A stretch of 58,443 bases of DNA, the filler included, from Diploschistes diacapsis (Eukaryota), in assembly GCA_023645945.1 (NCBI GenBank). It is 6 parts of 6 records of this genome, joined end to end, with 100 filler letters (N's around TTAATTAATTAA, not from the genome) between each part and the next. Parts side by side here need not be neighbours in the genome. Positions count along the whole stretch, not along the records: positions 39,044 to 48,696 come from JALAIB010001010.1; positions 48,797 to 58,443 come from JALAIB010001011.1; 4 more parts are not named here. One strand, given 5' to 3'. Shown one piece after another: positions 41,161-51,727 of this stretch. Below the pieces are notes generated by a model. The model worked only from the letters and a program-made list of their open reading frames with translations, was not told the DNA's origin and made no database searches. The position numbers were made by a program, and so were the translations under genes. Every line of letters starts with the position of its first letter. The stretch's first letter is position 1.

Positions 41161-42615
41161 TTAGTCGTCGCAACCCTCTGCCAAGGTTGAACAGCATACT
41201 ACCTCCAAAGTTGTGGGCTGTACTCCTTGTAGCCACTAATCAAAGCAGGGTGCATGCTGTCACTGTGCATTGCATCACACGCCCTGTCCAAGCAACCACA
41301 TGCGTACCCAGCCTGAGCAACACCATGATATTGCAAGGTGTATACAACCATCCCATGAGGAATGAGCAGAAACGTCCAGTAAGCAGCATGCAAGTGTCAC
41401 AACCTCAACCGTGGACACAAAAGGACATTGGCCGTTGCAACTCAAATGCAGTAGGTTGGTTATGCCTATACAGCTTGTGTACCTGTCTTGAATTGGCTAC
41501 AGCAGTAGTCTTTGCAGAGCATGCACCCTTGTACAGTCAGATACACTTGAGCAATATAAGCACCATCAGGGTAGAGTAGTGTGCATGTGGAGCCTGTTAT
41601 CTTGAGTGGTCTTTGCATCGAATGTATATGTCATGTGTCAAATATGCAATCTTTAATTCACTTGCCACAGCTCTCCTAGAGGGCACTGGAATTGATTGCT
41701 GTGTCTTCAGGATCTGTCAGCCAGCTCAAACAAAAAGATAATAAGTTTCTGGGGGGTCTTTTTGGCGGTTTGGAGCCTGTTGAAAGGCTATCATGGGCTT
41801 ATTCCCTCTGTTGCATATCCATAATCCACTATTGGTGTCACTGTTCTGACCAGCGAATCATCACAACAGCATTGCACGTGAGACACCTTTTGCTAGATAT
41901 TCAATAATTCATAGGTTTGCCATTTTTCTGATTTTTCCATTTAGCTGTTGCAAGTTGAGGGTTTTCAACCAACCTTTTTTGAGGGAAAATAATTAATTGC
42001 ATATTTAATTATGACATGTAAGATGTTGTGCCTGATCAAGGGCCAGTCTGGCTCCGTTTCTCTGGCAGCATATCCAATATCCACAGTGGTTCCCCTTGAT
42101 CTGAGCAGTGCATCATCATGCACTTGCCAGCACTGTATGTGAATCACATTTTGCCAGATATTAAATCATTCAATATTCAGCAAGTTGTCATGTTTCTAGT
42201 TGAGACAATTTGTGGTTGCATGTGAGGGTTTTCGACTTACCTTTTTTGTGAAAAGAAAATAGGTTGGATATTCATTTGTGATATGAACTATTTTGCGGCT
42301 GATCAAGGGCCAATATGGCCTTGTTTATTCTGCAACGTATCCAATATCCACTGTGTCTGCCATTGATGTGAGCAATGAATCAACATTATTGAGGAAGACT
42401 GCGATTGAGATTGAGGAAGACATTGACCAGGAGCGCAAACAAGGACGTGCAACTTATTTTGGAGAAACACTGGAGCTATTATGCCATTTACAGCTGCAAA
42501 GCTAACGGTAGCCTCACTTAGCTTCTGTGCAGACTTGGAATATCTTAGGTGCTGTCATGCAGTCTATCTGCAAAATTGACATGCTGAAACTTGCAAGAAC
42601 AACAATGGCTTCCAA

Positions 42616-43794
42616 GTGGCTTTGAAACGGCTTTGGTGTGACAGAAGCAACATCAGCTGTGTATCGCAGCCACAGAGCAAATCTGTTCCGCAATTTGTCA
42701 TGTCATCGGCGAAATCACAACGCAGCAAGGTCCCCAAAGTTGCCCGCCAGCCAAGGTGCATGATGGTGGAGGTCAAGAAAATGAAACAGCTAGTTAGGGC
42801 TGTACAAAATCTTACCTCACAAAGTGCATCAGGCACAAGATCTTCACAAGCAAAGAGTGCAAGTGATCAGAGGACAAGCAGAGGTTGCAAACAATGTCTG
42901 AATCCTGCTAGCAGCAGGCAAGGATGCCAAGAGGCCAAGGTCCATAGGGCGTTGAAGCTGTTAGAACAGATGGGCGGCCGTGTGGGTGACTTTCTATCAC
43001 AGAAAAACCGTAGCACTAAGCCTCCTCCGGCAACAAGTATGGACTTTGTGCCAGGGTCTCAGCAGTCAATCGAAGTCATGCATCCTATCACACATGTAAA
43101 AACAGCTTACAGGATAGGAGACCATGTTTACGTATGTTGCAAAGGTGAGAACGGCCCTCAGACCACAAGTGTTGGTTGTGTGAAGCAGTTCGGTTTGCAA
43201 AATGGGCATCAGGCAGTCAAAGTGCAATGGTTCTACAGCCCAGGCAATGAAATTCCGATGCAAGACTACTATGGTGAAAAAGAATTGTTCCAATCCAACC
43301 ATTACGACATTGTGCCAAACAGAAGTCTGAATGGCAAGTGCGATGTCAAGTATGATGTTGCTGACTACAACGATGTGTTCCGGGGTACACCTGCGGAGGA
43401 CGACACCTGGTATACGAGATATCGTTGTAGTTTCTTCAAGGATGCTGAGCGGGGCGTGTCAGCAAGGGTCATCCCAACGAATGTGAGCAAGGTTTGCATC
43501 CAGGAGAAGGAGATGAAAGTGGGCTGTGGACGTCCATACAACCCAGACAGGTTTATGCTCAGATGCTCAAAATGTGAGAAGCTATTTCACCCAGAGTGTC
43601 TCGAAATACCTGTTTCGGAGTATATAGAGCACAATCCTACAAGCCGCAGGTGTCCAAGGCCCGCATGCAGTGTGTTGGGCATTGCAGGCCTGTTGCAAGG
43701 CTACATTGAGCACGATAATAATGCGCACCAGCATTGGCACAGTGCCTCTTCGATCGATAAGCCTGCAAGTGGCCCCTCAAAAATACTGCATTGA
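42616..43794 (+). CDS. divergent EBS/SHL-like BAH-PHD chromatin reader, intronless (start uncertain)
   Basis: BAH: YRIGDHVYV..VKVQWFYSP..GEKELFQSNHYD..SLNGKCDV..YTRY; PHD directly after: C..C-GRPYNPDRFMLRCSKCEKLFHPEC..C-x4-C. Confidence 0.85.
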   Translation: MALKRLWCDRSNISCVSQPQSKSVPQFVMSSAKSQRSKVPKVARQPRCMMVEVKKMKQLVRAVQNLTSQSASGTRSSQAKSASDQRTSRGCKQCLNPASSRQGCQEAKVHRALKLLEQMGGRVGDFLSQKNRSTKPPPATSMDFVPGSQQSIEVMHPITHVKTAYRIGDHVYVCCKGENGPQTTSVGCVKQFGLQNGHQAVKVQWFYSPGNEIPMQDYYGEKELFQSNHYDIVPNRSLNGKCDVKYDVADYNDVFRGTPAEDDTWYTRYRCSFFKDAERGVSARVIPTNVSKVCIQEKEMKVGCGRPYNPDRFMLRCSKCEKLFHPECLEIPVSEYIEHNPTSRRCPRPACSVLGIAGLLQGYIEHDNNAHQHWHSASSIDKPASGPSKILH

Positions 43795-43859
43795 GTTGCA
43801 GTAATGAAAACGTTGATAGCTGCTTTCTCACCCCGCGAATGAAATGGCAGCCGTTCCCT

Positions 43860-44600
43860 GCGACATTTGGGCTAGCTTGGCTCTTGCAGAGTGCCTTGAG
43901 AGCCAGCCACGAGCTCACTATCATTGTCTTTTTGTCCTATTCCAGCTTGATCCGCATGATCTTATCATCAGCATAATCTTGCAGTAATGCCGCCATATTC
44001 TGCAGCTTTTGCTTCACTTCATTGGCCACATCCTAGCACGGCTCAAACAACTTTGTAAGACCTCCATTCGCTTGCCGCGAGTGGCATATGACAGCATGCA
44101 CTGTGGTTTTGTTGCGTAAATTGATGTCTTGAAACAAACTTCGAATCATGTGACCACAAAAGGCCTTGCGAACGCTGTCAATGTTGTCTTTTTGCAATCT
44201 ACTAGATTTCAATATACTAGAACACACCGCATAAAGGAACTGACCATGTCCAGAAGGTGCCTCCAATTGAACAACTTGTTGAAGCTTGTTGTGAGAGCGC
44301 ACTGTGTGTTTGAAAGACGTCAGACACTGCTCAATAGTATTACGCAATCTGCTCATTCGTTTTATTTCAGTGTCACCAACGCTCTTTCTTTGTCATCGCC
44401 AAGCGCCTTGAGAGCTTCCTGCTCGACTTGACGCAGAGACTTATGTTGCACGACCTTCAAAATTTCTTCGATTTCTGCGCTGGTGCAGTTTTCGAGCTGT
44501 AGTTGACGGCGTTGTCTCCGACCCTCACTGAGGTCTGTCAACACTTTTCTGCGCTGATCATCCTTTTGCCGCCAAAATAAGCGTAGGAGACTTTGCAGCC
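43860..44600 (-). pseudogene. helical/coiled-coil reading frame interrupted by one frameshift and two TAG codons
   Basis: ORFs 44362-44739, 44033-44356 and the start of 43637-43924 read as one charged helical protein if a frameshift near 44370 and TAGs at 44033 and about 43937 are bridged. Confidence 0.45.
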
Positions 44601-45432
44601 AATAAGCACAGGCGGCTTTGATGGAACTTTCTTTAGAACAATTGCAGCCAGCTGGAGTTGTACGCAGCAGCGCCAAGTCAAGGTACAACAGTGAGTCGTC
44701 AGAATCGCTTCTTGCATCATGGCACGCTATGCTATGCACTTGTACACATGTCCAAAAGAATAGCCATTCTTGAAATATTGTGTTACTCAGAAAGCAAAAG
44801 GCAGGGGCATGGGATGTCCCTCACTGATCAGCTCAAGCTTCTTGAGTGATTGCAGGTTGTGCAATGCTGGTTCATTATTGGTCATCCAGCACCCACACCA
44901 CCCGGAGCCAAAGACAGCAGAAGTGTCGTCTCTGACCAAATGGCTCGAGCTTCTTGAGTCATGGCACAATATGCTATGCACTGATACCCATGTGCACATG
45001 TGTGCTCACCCAACGCTTAGACCACATGCTGCACTGTTCAAAAGCAGTGAAAGTTAAGGCTTGGGCTATCCATGACTAAGCGGCTCAAGCTCTCCGAGTC
45101 ATTCCTGGCAAGAGCTGAATGGCACACAGCTGTCACTATAATAGATGTTGGCATGCTGGCACGGTGGGCATGACCAGAGACGAGTAAGCTGAAACTTGAC
45201 AAATATTTTGATTAGTTGATTACTACCAACAAACAACAAATTCTCACATGTAATTTGTTCTGTAAAAGATTTGAAAACAAATTCGCAAGTTGCAAAACTA
45301 CTCAGGATTTGTTTGTAAGGGCTTTGCCTCATGAGGCAATCAATTCAACTGGGGCCAGCGTACATATATCAACCACTGCCATATCAACATAGCGTGTGAT
45401 TCAGCAGGGACCCTATGCAACAAGCTCCTAGT

Positions 45433-46335
45433 TGTGCTTGAATTGATGTTCTGCGCATCTGAGCGCTGCAATTGAGTCCGTTAAAGCCAGAAGATAATGC
45501 AAGATGCTGCAGACCCCAGCTCATCAGTTGCTGCTTCATTTAAACAAGTACACAAAGACCTTGTGACTGCTGTTCACAATCCACACCATATGTGCCCAGT
45601 TCAAGTACAGCAGTCAGATGTGCAGAACATCTATGCAAGCACAAATGTGTGCTTGATGTGCTGACACTCGTTGCTCATGGTGGCTGCTGACTGAGACAAT
45701 ATGGTCAGAAAACATCATCAGTTGATGATGAGTATGCTGCACATATCAGATCATCAATCACTGCTGCATGTGATGATACAGACGGTGTGACTGATGTGCA
45801 CTGGAACCTCAGCATATGTGCCCAGGTTCTGGTACAGCGCTCAGATGTGCATAGCACCAATGCAAGCATAAGTGAGTATGCTGATAAAACATCATCAGTT
45901 GATGAAATATGATGCGGATCCCAGCTCACCAACCAACGCTTTGTCTGACTCGACACACAAGCCTTGTGATCAATGTGGACTGAAAGTAAGTACAGCGCTC
46001 AGTTGTGCAGAACATCAATGCAAGCACAACTGGGTGACACTTGCTGTGTGAGGTGCTGACTGAGACATGTTATCATAAAAGATCATCACTTGATGAGCAT
46101 ATGAGGCTACGCATGCCAGCTCAGCAATTACTGCTGAACATGGGGACATATGCTCTGGGTCCAAGTGCACATCAGTCGCAAACTCTGTCTTTGTGATCAG
46201 GTGAATGTTGAGCCGGAGTCTGATCAGATCATCAACTGATGATGTATCACAAAGTTCAGGGTGCAGTCAGCAGCATCTGGGCAGCAAGTGTCAGCAGCAG
46301 ATGCATTGATGTTATGTGCATCTGAGTGCTGCACT
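45433..46335. repeat. dispersed ~40-bp motif in both orientations
   Basis: GTACAGCGCTCAGATGTGCAGAACATCAATGCAAGCACAA-like copies at about 45605, 45832, 45990 (direct) and 45433, 46303 (inverted). Confidence 0.75.
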
Positions 46336-46505
46336 GGACAGGGAATTAGGCTGTGGGCCCAGTGCACGACGAGCGCAAGGGCCATAACACCAATGATTGT
46401 CTTGGTCAGCAGTTATCATGCAGCAAGCATCAGCGCATCAAGCACGCAGCTAGGCATGCATTGATTTTATGCGCTTCTTCATTAAGAGCAGCATGTGTCA
46501 TGATC

Positions 46506-47320
46506 AGCTGATGGTGTACGAGCGATGTTGAATGCAGTGTGCCTTGGTGCAAGCAACTGGACCCTGACAAGTTGAACTGAGCTGACAGCAACTGGACAAG
46601 CGGCAGTGAGCTGATATATGCAGCTGAGCTAGGACATGACTATTGAGCTGACATATCAGAGCCAAGCTGACAAAGCACAGTTGAGCTAACAGACTGCAGG
46701 TGAGCTTCCATAGTCCAAATGAGGAGATAGACTTCAGCTCTTTCAACACATGGCAGCTGAAATTATCAGTGTCATCTGAGCTAATAGGGTGCAGCTCAGC
46801 TGACAAGTTGCAGCTGACCTGACAGCTGAGTTGACAAGTTGCAACTGAGCCTTCTGATAGCATCTTAGCTGAGCTGAAACACATCGCAGCTGAGCTACCC
46901 CTGTTGCAGCTGAGCTGACAGATTGAGCTGACAGACTGCTGCCAAGCTGACATATCATGACTGAGAAGACAGACTGCAGCTGAGATGACAGATTGCAAAG
47001 GATCTTGCACTTCATAGCTGAGCTGATGTCTTGCAGCTGGTCTGTCATCTGCTGTGACAGAATACGCTAGAGCAGATAGATTGCAGCTGAGCTGACAAAA
47101 TGCAGCTGAGCTGACATAATGCAGGCAGAGCTGCAAAGGAGTTGACACTGTGCAGCAGTCCTGACTGACTGCAACCTCGCCAACTGATTGCAGACGGGCT
47201 AAAAAACTGCAGCGGGGCTGAAAGGTGTGCACCTGCGCTGACAGTTTGAAGTTGACTGGGAATGTGGCAGCCAAGCTGGGAGAACGAGTCTGAAGAACCA
47301 ACTTGTTGCAAGCTCATCAA
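46506..47320 (-). repeat. degenerate CAGCT-based minisatellite (right array, inverted relative to the left)
   Basis: Reverse complement of 46804-46850 matches 41064-41110 at 45 of 47 nt. Confidence 0.85.
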
Positions 47321-47486
47321 GGGATTGTGCCTTGAGTAGCTCAGGTGCTGGAGGACTGTTGCACTGGTACATGTAACAGCAGTGTCGTAGTTATTGTAAC
47401 CCTGAAATTACAGGTGCACAGAACCTTTGTAATGACTTTGCATGCACTCCCATTGGCATGAGGATATCAGCTCATCACTCACTGAA

Positions 47487-47866
47487 CTGGATGTCCAGTC
47501 CAGAGACTTGTGCGGACTGTGACAGCCTCATCATTCTAAATGCTTGATGATTCCAGCCCAGGCATTCATTTCTGCGAACTGTGTCAAGCGATAGTCTGCA
47601 GAGATGAGCTCACAGCTGAGCAAACTCAACGCTACTGTCCCCAATGAATGCTGTAGTGCTGACTACGGCTAATCAGAAACAATGACTAAGATACTGTCAG
47701 TTGACATGTGCTCTCAGCTTGATATGGATGTACAGTCCAGAGACTGATTTGTGTGGACTGTGACAAGCAACAGCCTGCAGAAATGAGCTAACTAATCTCA
47801 ATGCTGGAACTTAAGGTACAGCCCAGAGACTGATGTCTGCGGACTGTATCAAGCAATAGTCTACAA
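47487..47866 (+). repeat. four degenerate ~50-60-bp direct repeats
   Basis: CAGYCCAGAGACT..GCGGACTGTG..CAAGC..AGTCTGCAG-like units near 47496, 47553, 47732, 47818. Confidence 0.7.
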
Positions 47867-48696
47867 CACTATTTGCTATACCGTTGTTAACCTTGAACAC
47901 AAATCTGTTTAAAAAATAAATGAATAACTTGCGGGCAAGATGTGAGGTTGGATTGACTGTCTTAGCAGTTTTGTCTGACGCAAACTGCCCACAGTCAGTC
48001 TGTATAGGAACTTATCCTTGCTGATTTGCACATGGCAGGCGGCAGCGCTGCTCATCGTCATGCATGCAATGCAATCCCACAGACAAGCAGATTGGCAGTC
48101 AAGGGAGCTTGAAGACCACCAAAATAGACAAATATATAAGCCATACACGGAAATCGCAGCACCATGAGCTCCATACCAATGTAACTCTTGTAATAGAAGC
48201 AGTGCTGAACACCCAACGCCTAAGTTCCGCATGGCAAGAGTCATATTGGGTTCATGACAAGGGACTTGCATTCAAGCTGAATGGCTCGTGTGAGGACATT
48301 CTTAGGCCATGGGAATGTTCAACACCTAAGTCTCAACAATATCTGATTCTGCAGAATAGGCTGCCAAAATTTGTCACATTTGCTAGGGGATTGAGCAGGT
48401 TTTCTAAATTGTGGTTTTCAATAGATTTTATCATGTTCTCTGCACGATGGAACGGAGGGAAAGTGTAGATGGATCAAATTTAGTATTGTTTCTGTACACC
48501 ATGACAAACAGCGTAGAATACAGATTTTTGTTCTTTGTAGCAATTCAAAGTAATAAAGAGTAGGTCCAAGAGATTAAACACAGATCATTCTAACTTTTTA
48601 TAATGAACATACTGTAAAACAAAAAACAAAAAAATTTGTTGAAATCTTCAGTTTGATTTGGAACAAACTGATCTTTTAGATTTTGAATAACATCAT

Positions 48697-48796
48697 NNNN
48701 NNNNNNNNNNNNNNNNNNNNNNNNNNNNNNNNNNNNNNNNTTAATTAATTAANNNNNNNNNNNNNNNNNNNNNNNNNNNNNNNNNNNNNNNNNNNN
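48697..48796. other. artificial contig linker
   Basis: N44-TTAATTAATTAA-N44. Confidence 0.99.
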
Positions 48797-49501
48797 GGGG
48801 AAAGAGGGGGGATTGGGGGAACAGAAGGGTTTGTGGTGGATTATTGGGGTCTAGGTGAAGAGGAGGGGATGGGAAAAAGAAAGGATCAAAAGCGAAAGGG
48901 ACAACAAGAGAAAGAGATAGGAAGAACAAGGATGCGAAGAGAAGGGGATACGTACACAATTTCTATGGGATTAGGGAGAAATTCGGGTATCTTAGATGTA
49001 AGCGCGGGGAAAAACCCGCTTGGGATTTTGATGTGTTAAAAACGCATCTACCTTACTGTAACAAGGGCTGGATAGGAACACCAAGAAATGTGTCCAATAA
49101 TATTGACTGCATTCCAAAAGTACCCTATTGCTTCTGGGTAGCCAGTACCAACATGCCTTCCTTCCCTGAAACGTACCCTTGGGACTTCTCCTAGGCTGAC
49201 CAGAAAAATCCAGAATTCGGAAAAAACTACTCCTTACTGCTCCAACGTCTACCCACAAGCGTAAGGGACAAGAATGCCCAATGGCACCCGTTGCCCACAT
49301 CAAAACGCTAGACCACAAGCCAGTATACCCGACCTATACAGCATCCCCCGTCCCGAAGGTATGTAAAAATTCCAAGAACTGGAAACGAAGAAGGTGTGTA
49401 TGTATGTATGTATGTAATCCGTTAGTCATTAAAACCCGCGCCGCCCCCGTTCCACCCAACCCTTTATACAGCCCTCATCTCGTCCATCCCCTCCCATCCC
49501 A

Positions 49502-51036
49502 TCAACCAAGCCCAAACCTCCCGCCCCTCGAGGCCGGTGGCACCTCGCTTATGGGCGTCGCGTGCACCACCTCTATGCTCGGCGTGACGGACTCCTGCGT
49601 GCGCTCCAGCCGCAGGGGTGGCAGCTCCGGCGCTCCTCTCTCCGAGAGCGCCGGCTTGAAGTCCTCGTCCCCCTCCGGCCTCGACATGGCGTCGCGATCC
49701 GACCTCTGCGCTTCGCCACGGTTCGGGCTCGCCGCCCTCTCGACCGTGCCCGGCGCGGATACATGAGCCGGCCGCCGCGGCGCCGGCAGCTGCGGGTTGC
49801 GCTCGAGGACAGGGCTCGAGTAGGGTGGTGCCTCGCCAAGTTCGCCGCCGTGGATGCTCACGTCGTCTTCGTAACTGGGTGGGTTGGGCGGGAGGTCGCC
49901 GCTGCTTTGCGGTGTCAGGAAGTAGCTGGAACCTCGGCTCTCGCTCATGCTGGGCCGGCGGTCGTGCCCGTCGCGGGAGCGCGTCGCTCTTGATCTTGAG
50001 CGCGAGCCGTCGCGGATGGATGAGGCACGGCTAGTGGCTCGCGAGCGGCTGATGGAGGCGGCGGAGTCGAGGAGTGGGCGGTGGTCGCTGTCGATGCTGT
50101 CGGCTCTCATTCGCGAGCCGTCGTGGCGGGCGACGCCGAGGTCGGCGTAGGATACGCTGGAGACACGGCGGGCGCGGGCGTTATGCTCGCGCAGGGAGTT
50201 GAGCTCGGCGATGAGGAGGGAGGAGTCTTGTTGGGAGCGATTGGCTACTGGGTTCGGATGTGTGAAGCTGCTCGTGTCGCTGGGCCGGCGGCTATGTTCG
50301 TTGACCACTGCTACTGCGGGAGCCGTTGGTGGAGTATCTGAATTTGTGCGGCCTCGTTGTCGGGCTCGGCTCTCGGCTTCTAGTTGCTCCAATCGGACCC
50401 AGTCGCCTTGTTCTCTAGCTTCACGGCGTGCCTGCCGGCGTTCTTCGCGTTCGCTTTGCTCTCGCCGACGGGCTTCGCGGATGGTGTAGAGCGTCTCCAT
50501 CTCTTCTTCGCGGCGGGCTTCGACTTCTGTGTCGGACTCGGGGTACTCGAGTACAGTGTCGACGCCGGCGCGCTCGCCTTCGCGCGCGATGAGACGTTCG
50601 GAGGGGAGAGGAGCGACTCGGTATGGCGGAAGAGTCACAATGGAACGAACGGAGAGGCGGTTGTTGGCAAAGTCGGCTTCTGTTCTGCTGGGCTCACCAA
50701 TCGAGGAGGTGGGTACTACCGACGATGCTCGGGCGGCTGAAGGTGCCGGTGCAGGATTTCGTCGCCCGCTCACGGCGTAGGTATTTTTTGGTTGCCAAGC
50801 TTGCCACTTTTGCCGCAGGTACTTTGTCGGGAGATATCCGGGAGGTGTTGCACTTTTGAAACGTCGTTGTCGAACAGCGCCATAGCAAATTATGAGTACA
50901 AGAAGTCCTGCAGCAATGCCAACAAAGATCTATTGTGATTAGCAAAGAACAACCTTGGCAGCGTTGAACTTACCATCCAAAGATAACTGTTGTTTGGAGA
51001 GCCACGACGTTGCAGGAGATTCCGTGGGAGGATCAT
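49502..51036 (-). CDS. single-pass membrane protein with PY motifs and a charged coiled coil
   Basis: ATG 51036; intron 50930-50973 (GTAAGT..GCTAAT..TAG); TM segment LWMIFVGIAAGLLVLIICYGAV in frame with the 423-aa ORF; LPPY, PPSY, APPY. Confidence 0.85.
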
Positions 51037-51727
51037 GGCCGTGCCCGTCTTCAGATTGCGTTGTCTGGTGCAACAGGGGGTATTCCACCCAATTGGTGCA
51101 GAAAGAGAACACTATCGTGACATTCTCAAGACGAAGATGGAGATGATGAAACGATTGACTGAAGGAGTAGAGTAGAGACAGAAGGAAAGTATTCGTAAGT
51201 GAATGGTCTACTGGGAGGAAGTGTACCCCGGGCAATTCGACTATGGCTGACATGCACAGTTTTAGAGCTGAAGCGGCAGCCAACGTAGAGGCTGACGAGA
51301 ATTTGGAAGCGAGGGACAACCAGGCTCGGGAAGACGTCTTTTGAATTATTGGAGTCGATTGGCTGATACCCTAGTAGGTTGAAATTCAATTTTGATACGG
51401 ACGAAGTACCTGGGTAGGCTGAGCCTGTGCTGTAGCTATAGTATTAGCCTGCCACGTATAGAGCGTACTCTGTACGAGGGGTATGATTCTACAGTATCAT
51501 GTCTAGACTTATCTGTAACTAAAAATACGTACTTCAACCGCGCCAACTTGAAACACGCGAAACACTTGCGGCGCTTGCATCATTCATCATGAATCAATAT
51601 TGCGAACCCTTGGAGCGAGCTAGCTGACCGTAACCTACATCTTGCTTTATCAAGTGCGTAAGTCTGCTATCCATCATCCTACTTTGTCTGTTTCAAAGCA
51701 GAAGCGAGCCAAGAAAACAGAGAGAAG

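Noticed and set aside
46504..47301. 265-aa minus-strand ORF (and 40968-41579 on plus) as real proteins
   Set aside because: Translations (CQLSC/SAA repeats) simply mirror the CAGCT minisatellite
45433..47866. Repeat clusters as a CRISPR array
   Set aside because: Repeats are degenerate, irregularly spaced and in mixed orientation, the context is eukaryotic and no cas genes are present
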